The translations under genes were made by a program, and so were the position numbers. This document shows positions 46,867 to 59,065 of a stretch of DNA of 64,000 nt, piece after piece (position 1 is the stretch's first letter; every line of letters begins with the position of its first letter). The notes under the pieces are model-generated. The model saw only the letters and a list, made by a program, of their open reading frames with translations, was not told where the DNA came from and searched no databases. The stretch is from Fistulifera solaris (Eukaryota): positions 744,001 through 808,000 of the forward strand of contig AP026172.1 of the NCBI GenBank assembly GCA_030295235.1. The letters run 5' to 3'.

Positions 46867-49800
46867 ATGTTTATTCAAGAAGTTATTATCGATGGCTTCA
46901 AATCCTATGCGCGCAAGACGACTGTTGAGGGGTACGTTGATTTGAATGAAAAATAGCGTTCTGCAAACCATCTCACAAGCTCAATTGCATCTGCAGTTTC
47001 GATCCCCACTTCAATGCGATTACAGGTTTGAATGGTTCCGGTAAATCGAACATTTTAGATGCTATTTGTTTTGTTTTGGGAATAACGAACCTCAGCCAAG
47101 TGCGAGCGGGAAACTTGTCGGAACTCGTCTACAAGCAAGGACAAGCGGGCGTCAACAAAGCTACCGTCACCATCGTTTTTAATAATGAAGATAAAGCCGC
47201 CAGTCCCGTCGGATATGATCAATGTGACAATGTGACGGTCACTCGACAAGTTTTATTGGGAGGAAAAAGCAAATATTTGATCAACGGCCGCAATGCCCCG
47301 CCGGGGCCGTGCAGAATCTGTTCCATTCGGTGCAACTAAACGTCAATAATCCACATTTCCTCATTATGCAAGGGCGTATTACCAAAGTGTTGAACATGAA
47401 ACCGGCGGAGATTTTGGGTATGGTGGAAGAAGCGGCCGGAACGCGCATGTACGAGACCAAGAAAGGTGCGGCCTTGAAAACGATCGAGAAAAAGCAATTG
47501 AAATTGGACGAATTGAACTCGGTTTTGGAAGAGGAAATTACCCCGACTCTGGAAAAACTTCGTGGCGAAAAGGTACAGTATCTCGCTTGGAGCAAGAATG
47601 CCTCCGATCTCGAACGCAAAGAGCGATTCGTTATCGCCAGCGAATTCTACTCGGCCCAAAAAGCACTGGAAGATGACATGGGTTCGGAGCGAAAAATGGA
47701 AGAAGAGGTAACCCACCTCGAAGCGGAAGCGGAAATTTTACGAGAGAAAATTGCGGTGAAAGCACAAGAAATTGCGGCAGGGTCGGCACAGCTGCAGGGA
47801 GAGTTTGAAGGTGATCTGCAAGAGGCGACGAAACGAGAAAAGAAGCTCTCCAACGAATTAGTTCGTATTACTTCTGCCTGGAAAAGCGCTCAAGATACGC
47901 TAGCAAAAGCGGAGAGTGATGTTGAAGCAGCCATAGGTATGGTCCTCGAAACTAAAGAATCTGTCGACGCGAAACAGAGAGAAATTGAGGGAGAACACGC
48001 CCGTATTGATGGAGTCCGTAAGGCAGCCGTCGAGGCGGAAACCCTTTACAGGCAACTCACAGAGGAATACCAAACTATGGCTGCTGGAACTTCGTCGTCG
48101 TCAGAAGGTCGCTCTCTTCCGGAACAGATCAGCCAAGCTCACAGTGACTCGAAGACTGCAGGTGCGCGTGTCGAACAGGCCAAGATGAAAATCAAGCATC
48201 TATCGGAAGAGCTCAAGGTATGGTTGTCTTTGTTCCCGAAATTTCGTGCATCGCTAGTCACTTACATTTTTTGTCGAACACACAGAATGTCGAAAGCGAA
48301 TTATCCAAACAAAAGAAGTCGGCCACAACCATTGAAAAGAAATTCGAAAATTCAAAGCAGAAAGTCGAAGTTCTAGAGGAACAGATCAATCGGCTCAATT
48401 TCTCTGCCGAAGAATTCAACGCCATGGATCAGGAAAAATTGGATCTGGAGGCCGCGATAACCGAACTCGAGGAACAACTCGACACTGTCTCGACCCAGCT
48501 ACAAAGTCGCTTGGCGTTCGAATACGAGGATCCTGTAAGAGGCTTTGATCGCAGCAAGGTCAAGGGGCTCATTGCGAATCTGGTGGATGTCAAAGACGCG
48601 AAGTACGCTACTGCTCTGGAAGTTGTTGCTGGTGGAAAACTCTTCCAGGTCGTCGTCGACGAAGCGATCACTGGAAAAGCGTTGTTAGACCGTGGAAAGC
48701 TCACCCGCCGGGTCACCATTATCCCTCTTGATAAGATCAGGGCTAGTCAGTTGAGCCAATCAGCTTGTCGAACAGCGGAAAATATCGCCTCATCAATGCA
48801 GTGTGCAGCCACGCCAGCGATCGAGCTTGTCGGTTACGATGAAGAAGTAAGAAGCGCTATCGAGTACGTTTTCGGTTCAGCCATCGTAGTTGATGGAATA
48901 AAGGCAGCCAACAAGATCTGTGAGGTGGCGAAAACTCGTACTGTCACCCTTGAGGGAGATATTTATGACCCTTCTGGTACGATTTCCGGAGGATCGAAGA
49001 ACCAGTTGGGCACCACTTTGTCCAATCTCGTCACTCTTGCGCAATGCACCAAATTGTTGGAAGAAAAGAGTCAAAGGCTTGCTCACGTCTCCGCTAAGGT
49101 TTGCTCACTTCAGAGTGCGTCCGCTTCCTTCGAAAAATTGAGCGCCAAGTTCGAACTGGCCAAGGCCGAACTTGAAGCAGTCAAGAAGCAAATGTCTCAG
49201 ACCACGTACGGCGTTCTGGTAGAGAAGCGCGATTCCATGGTTGCAGACATAAAAATGGCCGAAGAAGAGTGCTTGGTTATGGAAAACCAAGAGAAGGAGA
49301 AGTGGTCTCTATACATGCAACTCAAAGAGCAAGAGATTGAGCTTACGCAGCAGCGAGAGCAACGTTTTGCAGACATCGAATTGGCTGTCAAGACTGCCAA
49401 GGTCGATGCAGCGGAGAAACAGAAACAGGCTCGTGAGGCCTCATCGAAGACACAAACCCTTGAACTGGAGCTAGAAAGTCTCAAAATAGAGCTCGCCGCT
49501 GCTCAAGAGGCTGTCAAAATTGCCGAAAACATCCTTGATGAGACGTCACGCCAAGAATCTGAAATGCAGGTTGAAGTTGCCGAGACACAAGCGTCTTACG
49601 AAGAAGCACGAAGCAACGTAGCCGAACTTGAACGCAGGTTGGATGATTTTTCATCGCAAGTCGCCGAACTCAAAGATAGAAAGGCCGAATTATCCAAAGC
49701 GTTGGAATCAGCTACTATCGAAGCGAAAAAATTATCCGTCAGTATTCAGCAGAGACAGAAAGAACGAGTCGGTGCTGAGAGGGTTGTTTCTAATTTGCTC

Positions 49801-50707
49801 AAAAATTATGCCTGGATTGAAAGCGAACAAGGCGCTTTTGGTGTCGTCGGTGGTGACTATGACTTCAACTCGTGCGACATAGCCCAGATTGCCGCGGAGG
49901 TGAAGGAACTGAAAGAGCAACAGGACAGCCTGGTAAGTTGTCAACGTGTTTTGTTGATAAACTGGACAATGGTCTGACGTTCTTTCTATACAGGGCAAGA
50001 AAATTAACAAGAAAGTCATGGGAATGATTGAGAAAGCAGAAGGTGAATATACTGAGCTACTCCGTAAACGTCGGGTTGTGGAAAACGACAAGAAAAAGAT
50101 CCAGAACGTCATCGAAGAGCTCGATGTCAAGAAGAAGGTGGAGTTAGAGAGAACATGGAAGAAAGTGAACGGGGACTTTGGTTCCATTTTCTCCACCCTG
50201 TTGCCTGGTGCGTCTGCTAAGCTTGAGCCGCCTGGTGGCATGGCAGCTTGGGAAGGTCTCGAGGTCAAGGTTGCCTTTGGCAAAGTGTGGAAGGAAAGTC
50301 TCAGCGAGTTGAGTGGCGGACAGCGGTCGCTGTTAGCTCTTTCTCTCATTCTTGCCATGTTGCTCTTCAAGCCCGCCCCAATGTATATCTTGGATGAGGT
50401 AGATGCTGCTCTTGATTTGAGCCATACGCAGAACATTGGTAACATGCTTCGAACACACTTTTCGCAGAGTCAGTTTATTGTGGTATCTTTGAAGGAAGGT
50501 ATGTTCAATAATGCCAATGTCATCTTCCGAACCAAGTTCGTCGACGGCGTCTCGACAGTGACTCGCACCATCGGTACCGGGTCCAGTCGCCCTCGTGCAT
50601 TGGCAGATGCAGAGAATATGGAAGAGGAGGAACGGCCTACTCGAAAAAATACTGCCGCAACGGTTAGTCGTCGCAGGGGCAAGGAGAATTCTAGCGCCTA
50701 TCTATAA
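46867..50707 (+). CDS. SMC2: Condensin subunit SMC2; introns 46932-46996, 48218-48285 and 49933-49993; frame break near 47300
   Basis: [39 protein letters not shown], hinge [37 protein letters not shown]. Confidence 0.97.
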
Positions 50708-50813
50708 ATGACATCATCTTGTGCATGATTTCAAAAACATTCAAGTTTCACAAATATACTTTATTTTAAATCGCTTTGCTAGTCGGTAGACCAACAAGGT
50801 TGCCATAGTCAGT

Positions 50814-51098
50814 CTAAAGGAGCATCATTGCCATCATCAGTGCCGATACTACAACACATACAGTCGACAAGGACACTGTGCCACTACTGCCACCTTCGTT
50901 CCCACCCGCAGGTGCCGCTTCCGGAGCCGCCGCCTCAAAGTCAAAAGGTTCCGTAAAGTATCCCATATCGAGAATTTCTTGAATGGCGGCATCGCTGTAG
51001 GCCAAACAATCGGATTGGATATTTTTCGAGGGAAGTCGATTGTTGCAATTCAATTGCATTCCGACAATACTCGTGTTGGCACTGCAAGACAAAGTGGT

Positions 51099-51136
<38 letters not shown>

Positions 51137-51492
51137 TGTAGGTGTGTGTGTGAGAGAGGTGTAGGTGTATGTGTGGTCGGTCGTTTCGCGCACATGACTT
51201 ACATATCGGTACAAAGAGAACATGCATTGCATTCGGTCCCATCAAACGACACTTTACAACCCTCCAATTGATCGTTGCCACTGAAAATACTGGTGACACA
51301 GGCTTCGGTATATTCGGAAGGCGCTCCGCTCGTAAATTCGATGCATTTGGTATTCGAAATATTCGAGGAAGTGCCCGGAAAGGGTTCGTTCGTCACAATC
51401 ACGGTACGGCCCGTGTCGCTGGTGTATTCCATCGACGCCTGCGTCCAGGAAAAAAGAAGAGAAAGGAAAAGAAGGTAGAATGTACGTGTCAT
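50814..51492 (-). CDS. Small secreted Cys-rich protein, probably GPI-anchored; intron 51082-51202
   Basis: Signal peptide MTRTFYLLFLSLLFSWTQA, C-x-V-x-FDGTECNACSLC, A/P/E linker, GGSSG and hydrophobic C-terminus. Confidence 0.8.
51102..51134. repeat. (AG)n microsatellite inside the intron
   Basis: Seen directly. Confidence 0.95.
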
Positions 51493-51502
51493 GTTGATAA
51501 AT

Positions 51503-51558
51503 GAAGGAAGGAAGGAAGGAAGGAAGGAAGGAAGGAAGGAAGGAAGGAAGGAAGGAAG
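51503..51558. repeat. (GAAG)14 microsatellite just upstream of the 51492 ATG
   Basis: Seen directly. Confidence 0.95.
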
Positions 51559-51816
51559 TGTTAGTTTGGTTTTGGGTTGGATCGAAAATTGGAAAACAAT
51601 CAACATACGACAGGCATTTTTTTATTGCTTCGATGTCCGCTTTGTACAATAATAGCTAGAGTAGTACGTTCTCCAACAGTAGTGAAGTACGATTTGTGAC
51701 TCGTGACTCTCTGAAATGACCCATTTGTTCGTTTGTCCGCTACACTTTACAGCAATGGTGTCCGTGTGGCTTGGGGGGAGATAGAAGATCGCAACAACTT
51801 GAATATGTTTCGTCGA

Positions 51817-52270
51817 TGTCACGGAAATGCGGATAGCGGGCAGACTACTAGGGACTCAGCCAATATGGCCGCACGACCTAATGCGAATTCCGATCCCCAA
51901 ATCGGAAGCATCCGGAATGTAACCTCTTGGGCGAGGCCCAAGGGTCTTTGCACGATTTGGGTTGATCGTGAAGGCGTGAAAGGTTTGCAAGCAACGCGAT
52001 ACAAGAATGTTAGAGCCACATACGTGAGCTCAGAATTTCAAGATAAAACAAGACCTAGTCCGATGGCAAGTGACATTCTCGGGCGGAACCATCACCCAGT
52101 GAGATTCCACCTTGTTCATTTGTCGGATTTGTAAAGGCTTCATAATATTGTTGTTTGGAAAACTTTGACTGTTTATCGTCTTAGCTCTACCAGATACTTC
52201 CTCTTCTGTTGTTGCTAAACGTAGCGACTTGGTTGACAGAATTTCTGTTTCTGTCCGTCGATACGTGAGA
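51817..52270 (+). repeat. 5' LTR (454 bp)
   Basis: TGTCACGG...CGTGAGA; differs from the 3' LTR by four 1-bp indels and one substitution. Confidence 0.95.
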
Positions 52271-52284
52271 GGTTACGAGCCCAG
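52271..52284 (+). promoter_or_regulatory. Primer-binding site (internal/half initiator tRNA-Met type)
   Basis: GGTTACGAGCCCAG lies directly after the LTR and resembles the copia-type GGTTATGGGCCCAG. Confidence 0.8.
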
Positions 52285-52369
52285 ATTCACACTATCTGGT
52301 ACAGTCTTTGCAGTTGTTTGATACACGTGCCCTACTTACTCCCTTTTGTCGTCTTTCGTTATTCGCGAT

Positions 52370-53840
52370 ATGTCTTCCGATAGCGAAACTGATGACAGGA
52401 AACCTCCTCCGGTGACCGTCGGTACTTTCGACTCGCAGTTTCACCGGCGCCCAAAAGTCGAAAAGGATGTTCAGGCCACTTTTTCCGAGCCCGTTCTCGC
52501 GCCAAAGTTCGGCCTTGTTCAAGGTTCTATCCCAGCTATTGGTGGTCCTCCGGATGCAAACTTTACTCGCGAGTGTTAACCTTGTGCCTGCGAGCCCTAC
52601 TGCTTCCGAGATCCGAATCCTTATCGCTGAGAAAAGTTTTAAGGATCGCGACGCCGGTCTCGACCCCAAGTTCAGTCCTACTGCGAATGACTACCGCCTT
52701 GTTGAGCTCGCGGATGAAGCGTTCAACCATTGTATTACGCATGGTCTCGTCGCCGTTCTACATGAATGATCCTGCTGATCTCAGTCGTGTCATCGATCTC
52801 TTCGTGTACCATGGCAAGTTCACTTTCGGACGAAGTCGCGAAGCATCTCGAAGACATGATCAAGTCCGGTGTCTTTGATCAGTACATGATCAACTCGCTA
52901 AGCGATTCGGCTGCTTTTCTGCTCAACTCGTTGGAGGCGCTCCTTCCAGCGCGATTCGTACTTCCTTGAGTTCCGGCCATGCGCGCTTTGGCCCTTTGGT
53001 TTGGATGAAAATCACCGAAGAAGTTCTTCCCAACGCATTTCGGCCGTGTCTCAGAGCTCGGAGAAGAGTTCACCAAGCGCCACGTTGGTTGAAACTCCCG
53101 GTGAGAATGTTGCTGCTTGGGCGAATGCGCAGATGGAGACTTTGCAGGAGTTGGAAGCTAATGACCAGCTCCCTCGCGACCACTTGATTATTTTGCAGCA
53201 GCAGCTGTGCAAATGTTCGGTCGGCGTTCCGTGTTCACTGGCACACGGTTGGCATCTCTCTCCGACTTTGTGCGTCTCTCTGCCGGAAAGTCGAAGGAAG
53301 TTGCTGAAAGGATGAGCGGTTATACAAACTATCGCCGCATTCTCCATGAAGCTAAAGATTTCTACAGCACTCTTAAGGATGATTGGGGACCGGCTAAAGG
53401 AGTTGCTACTGATGTTAGTGCTAATACTGCGGCTATCAAGAGTCTCAAAGCCGAGTTCAAGACCCTCAAGTCGAAATTCGAGTCAAACGGCACTAAAACT
53501 GCCTCCCTCGAAGACCAAAGACAAGAAGGCGAACAAAGACAAGGCTGCTCCGAAGGCTAGCGGTGGTGATGGCGAAAAGAAAAGCAGTGGTTCGACCGAA
53601 ACTCGTTGGACTCGCATCGCCGAAGGACGGCGAGCCCACCACCATGACCAAGTACGGCAAGACTTTCTATTATTGCAGCCAAGTGCAAGCGTTGGAACCA
53701 GACTCATGGAACCGGCGAGCACAAGAGCAAAGAAGAGAAGCCCGCTGATGCCAAGCCCGCCGCTCCTGCCGCTAATGTTGCTCAAGCTTGGACGGCACCC
53801 TTGCAGTTCTGTTGGGGTTCCGACAGCGATTCGAATAGGA
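52370..53840 (+). CDS. gag: Gag, frameshifted
   Basis: Starts MSSDSETDDRKPPP. Frame-corrected C-terminal YYC.KCKRWNQTHGTGEH zinc finger at 53674-53722. Confidence 0.75.
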
Positions 53841-54699
53841 AATCGGCAGGGAAGGTGAACCTTCGATCGAGGTCCCTTCCTGAGCCTTTTGTCCATATTT
53901 ATCGGTCGTTTATTGTTGGAGCTTTCGGCCGAAGCATTTTATTCTTTGCTGGTTGATTGTGGAGTGCTTTTCTTGGTGGCGTCATTTCCGTGTTGCTGCG
54001 ACCATCTCGAAGTGGTTGCGTGCCCAAAGTGCCGCTCATCGTCGCTCTCTTGGTCTTCGGCCGCGATTCACGCCCTTTGCCCGAGCGTCTCATCTCTCTC
54101 CGTGTCGTTTCATGGTGCTTTCTTCGATCATGACGAGCATGTGGCGAGTGACGCTTACGCTCGAAGCCCCCCGGTGTTGTTTATGGAGTCAACTTGGTGC
54201 CCGCCCTGGCATGGCTGCTACCAGTTTCATCCAAGTGATCGCAGCCGACGTTTGCGCCGACCTCCTGATCCTTCTTCATCTTCAAACGATTCGTCTTGTC
54301 AGCATGGTGAGGATGGTGTTTTTCGGTCGCCGCAAGCAAAATCGTTTTGTCGGGGAAACTGCGAGAGGAGCAAACGTCGTCGAAGACTTCGGGCGATTCC
54401 TCGTTGGGCCTTGGAGCTTCCGGATATGATTGACAGCAATGGCCATTTGTGTACCGAGTCTTTAGATTTATCGTGTCCGCCGAACGGGCATCCTAAGCCT
54501 TGGAACCTACTGGACGACTCTCTTCTGTTTTGCTATCCCACTGGGCATTTCTTTCCAGAGGGAGCTGCTAGTGAAAGTGAGACGATGTTGCTTCGAGAGG
54601 GAGATAATAGTGTAGACAACTCTAAAGCCTACTTTGCACCGTACGAAGCTGCCCCCGTCTATTTATGCCCTCCCTGCTTTGCATCAAGTGCATGTCGCT

Positions 54700-57600
54700 G
54701 GAAAGCCTACCATGGCGGATCTGTTTCCGGTTATTTGGGATACTGGAGCCACAGTTGCTGTTACTTTCGACCGTGCTGACTTCACGTCCTACACTCCGAC
54801 TACTGGCGATAAAGTTTTGTCTGGCTTTGCTGCAGGTTCTTCGATTGCCGGCACGGGCACTCTTGAGTGGACTGTTACTCTGTCCAACGGCAAGGGCTTT
54901 ACTTTTCGGATCCCTGGGCTACATGTGCCCGATGCCAATGTCCGACTCTTCAGCCCACAGTCCTACTGTCAATTGGTGAAGGCGCAACGTAACGACGAAC
55001 CGCGTTTTTCAGGCGACTCGAGCCTCATTCATGTCGATCTGTTGGACGGCCACTTTCTTGATATTGTTTACTCTCCGGAAAACAACTTGCCTACTCTGGA
55101 GATGTTCCGAAAACAATCTGTTGCTCTCAATGCTGCAAAGATTCGAAACTGTGTGACCGCGGCTGAGAATCAAAACTTGAGTGAAGCACAGAAATTTCTT
55201 CTTCGCTTACATTTCCGATTTGTTCACCCGAAGCATGAAAAATATTCAAGCCTTGCTCAAAACCGGCGCTCTCGGAAAGTCTGCTGAAGTCAAAGCGGCG
55301 GCGTTGTGATATTCCCAAGTGCTGCTTGCATGTATGGAAAAGGAAAGCGCAAGTCGACTGGAGCAAAATTGACCGTCGATCGCCAATCCAAAGTTCTCTC
55401 GAAGGATATTTTAATTCCGGGCCAGAAGGTTTCAATGGATCACTTCTCTGTTTCAACGAGGGGACGTCTCTACTCTGGTTTCGGTGGTACCAAAGATGAT
55501 GAGAAGTTCAAAGGCGGTGTGATTTTTGTCGATCATGCAAGTGGATTCGTACGTCGTTCACGTTTTGAATTTTACTGCTGGCGAGGCTTTGCAGCGCCAA
55601 GTTGGAGTTCGAAAGTGCAATGGCTAATCACGGCATCACGGTGGTCCAATATCATACCGACAATGGCACGCTACGGGCGCAGGAGTTCACAAAGCAAATT
55701 GATACGAACTACCAGTCGATGACTCTCAGTGGACCTGGTGCTCACCACCAAAATGCTGTTGCTGAGCGCGATCGGAAGTATTATATCTCTTGCACGCACC
55801 ACGATGCTACATGCTAAACTGCGTTGGCCGAAAGCGATTTCTTCGGATTTGTGGCCTCAGGCGATCGATTATGTCGTTCAAAATTTCAACTACGGACCCG
55901 GCGAAAATAATTCATCTCCGGCTGATATGATCTTCAGAACAACGACCGATCGGAAAGTGTTTGCTGATATGCATGTATGGGGATCACCCGCTTATATTTT
56001 GAACCCGCAGTTGCAAGATGGGCACAAGATTCCGAAATTTGAACCTCGCTCGAGACGCTGGGCGTTTTCTTGGGTTTGTCAAAGCGGCATGCATCGAATG
56101 TTCCTGTCGTTCTGAACCTAGAAACAAACCGGATTTCCGCGCAGTTCCATGTTGTTGTTGATGATTGGTTTGCCACTGTTTGAATGTCGTTAATGAGGAT
56201 GATTCTGTCGATCCGGAGACTTGGGCCGACATCTTCGCATCATCTCGCTTTCAGGTATTTTTCGATGAGGATGATCCGATCGACTTGGATGATGAATGGT
56301 TGAGTCAAGATGAGTTGCATGTTCGAATTCAAGAGCGATCTCGCAAAATTCGAAGCGTCCAAGACACTGCTAGCCCTCCAGTTGATTTCGACAAAGTGCA
56401 CCAGCGATTACGAACCGATGCCGAGCCTACAACTGAAAAGAGTTCAAACGAGCCTACATTGCAGAGGGAGCCAGAACAAAAGACAGTTACTACTCCTGTT
56501 AAATTATCTGAGCCTATTTCAAAGCCGGTTGAGCCGATTCCTGCTCCAAAGGTTGCTGTGGATGCCAAGCCTCCATCAAGTTCGCCGCGGAAGAAGACAC
56601 CAGCTGTTCCTGCCGAACCTCGCCGATCCACTCGCGAGACGTGCTCCAAAGAGATTCAATGAACTTATTACAAACGTTGCTTCGGTTGTTCTTGCGCCGA
56701 TTCCTCGCGAAACTTTCTCTTTTATTCGCGTCGATTCATTCCGGCCTTGTTGCTTGTTGGGATTCGGAGATCGGCGAGTTTGATTTGCGCGACCCTGTTG
56801 CTTTTGCGCTATGCAGCGTGCAAAGAAGCCAAAGAAAGGTTCCGATCCCGACTATCCAATGTATCATCAAGCAATGTCGTCTGCCGAATATCGAGAATGG
56901 CAAGAGGCGATGGTGAAAGAAATTCGAATGTTGGAGATGATGGGGACGTGGAAGAAAATTCCGCGAGCTTCAGTACCTGCGAATAAGCGCGTGATAAAAT
57001 CCACTTGGGCGTTTCGGCTTAAACGTTCACCGGATGGGACACCCACGAAGTACAAGGCGAGGTTTTGTGTTCGTGGCGACATGGAGATAAAAGGAGTAGA
57101 CTACTTCGAGTCCTACTCTCCTGTCGTACAGTGGTCCACAGTTCGGTTGCTGTTAATTATGTCCATTGTCCACGGAATGCATACCCGCCAAGTTGATTAT
57201 GTCAATGCGTTTGCTCAAGCCCGCTACATTGAGATGCCTCAAGGATTTCACGACGATGGCGAAGACACTGTTTTGATGCTCCAGAAGACGCTTTACGGAA
57301 AGTCCGACAGTCCACTCCGATTCTTCAACTTGTTGAAGGACACTTTGGAGAAGCATGGTTTCAAACAGTTGGTCGACATCGATGCTTGCCTGTTCGTGCA
57401 CGAAAATTATTTGTTTGACTTATGTCGATGATTGCCTTTGGTTCAGTCTCGATGAAAAGTGCATGGATGACATGATTGACACTATTGACAAGGTTTTAAC
57501 TTTAACTGTGGAGTCGAAAGATGTTTCCCGCGTTCTTGGGAATTCAGTTTACCCGTCGTGGAGATACTATCGAGTTGACCCAGAAAGGTCTCATTAAACG

Positions 57601-58420
57601 CTCATCGAAGCCACCGACATGGCTGATTGTAATTCTTGCGACACGCCTGCTGAAAACAAGCCATTGGGAAAAGATTTGGCTGGTGCTGCGCTTTGCCGAA
57701 GTCTTGGAATTATGCTTCGGTTGTCGGAATGTTGCTCTACTTGTCGTCAAACTCTCGACCGGATATTGCATTTGCTGTCCACCAGTGCGCTTCGCTTCAC
57801 TCATTCACCACGGCAAAGTCATGCTAAAGCAATCAAGAGAATAGTGCGTTATTTAAAAGGAACGGCCGATCGTGGTTTGGTGATGCGTCCGACGAAAGAG
57901 TTGAAAATTGATTGTTTTGTTGATGCCGACTTTGCCGGATTGTGGGGTGCGGAAGATCCTGAAGATCCGATAAGTGTGAAGTCGCTGTACTGGTTATATT
58001 TTGACGCTCGGCAATTGCCCCCTACTTTGGGTATCGAAGCTACAGTCTGAAATCTCTCTAAGTACGATGGAGAGTGAATATGTCGCATTGAGTACCGCCA
58101 TGCGCGATGTTTTGCCGATGCGAAGACTTGTTACTGCTGTTGCTAAGGCTATTACTGGAGAAGACCAAGTCGAGAGCATTGCCCATTCGGATGTATTTGA
58201 AGACAACAATGGAGCGCTCACTCTTGCTACAATTCCGCGGATGACCCCTCGCTCGAAGCACTATGGCACGAATATCATTTCTTCCCGACAACATGTTCAA
58301 AGTGGTGAATTGAAAATCAACAAGATTGACACTAAAGAACAGCTTGGCGGATATCATGACAAAAGGATTGCCTAGGGAAACGTTTACCTATCTTCGGAGA
58401 CAAGTTAATGGGTTGGGTTG
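54700..58420 (+). CDS. pol: Pol (protease, integrase, reverse transcriptase, RNase H), multiple frame breaks
   Basis: PR: VIWDTGA. INT: VSMDHF, FVDHASG, HTDNG, HHQNAVAER. RT: WAFRLKR, YKARFCVRGD, QVDYVNAF, YVDD. RH: FVDADFAG, STMESEY, EDNNGA. Confidence 0.95.
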
Positions 58421-58449
58421 AAAGTGATCCCTCTTCGTCTGAGAGGGAG

Positions 58450-58899
58450 TGTCACGGAAATGCGGATAGCGGGCAGACTACTAGGGACTCAGCCAATATG
58501 GCCGCACGACCTAATGCGAATTCCGATCCCCAAATCGGAAGCATCCGAATGTAACCTCTTGGGCGAGGCCCAAGGGTCTTTGCAGATTTGGGTTGATCGT
58601 GAAGGCGTGAAAGGTTTGCAAGCAACGCGATACAAGAATGTTAGAGCCACATACGTGAGCTCAGAATTTCAAGATAAAACAAGACCTAGTCCGATGGCAG
58701 TGACATTCTCGGCGGAACCATCACCCAGTGAGATTCCACCTTGTTCATTTGTCGGATTTGTAAAGGCTTCATAATATTGTTGTTTGGAAAACTTTGACTG
58801 TTTATCGTCTTAGCTCTACCAGATACTTCCTCTTCTGTTGTTGCGAAACGTAGCGACTTGGTTGACAGAATTTCTGTTTCTGTCCGTCGATACGTGAGA
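58450..58899 (+). repeat. 3' LTR (450 bp)
   Basis: Direct repeat of 51817-52270, preceded by the PPT. Confidence 0.95.
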
Positions 58900-59065
58900 G
58901 TCGAGCATTATTATTTATTGTTTCTCGTTATTACTCCGTAGTATTGTTTTTTCGTTTTTCGTTTTTGCAGGTTCGTCGACCTTTTCTTATGCATTTGCAA
59001 CGATTCAAATTACATGATAAGCCACATTCAGAAGAACTTATAAAATAGATTTACGCATCCCTTCA

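Larger units (their letters stand above)
51817..58899 (+). mobile_element. Full-length Ty1/copia LTR retrotransposon (CoDi-like)
   Basis: Two near-identical LTRs; 5-bp TSD GTCGA (51812-51816 and 58900-58904); PBS; PPT GAGAGGGAG (58441-58449); domain order gag-PR-INT-RT-RH. Confidence 0.97.

Noticed and set aside
29072..50707. Functional cell-cycle cluster (CKS1, POLA2, SMC2)
   Set aside because: These genes are interspersed with unrelated genes, and no shared motif was seen. Chance in a compact genome suffices.
52370..58420. Copia element as an old, dead copy
   Set aside because: The LTRs are almost identical and the catalytic motifs are intact. The frame breaks are probably unpolished repeat sequence, so activity cannot be judged here.
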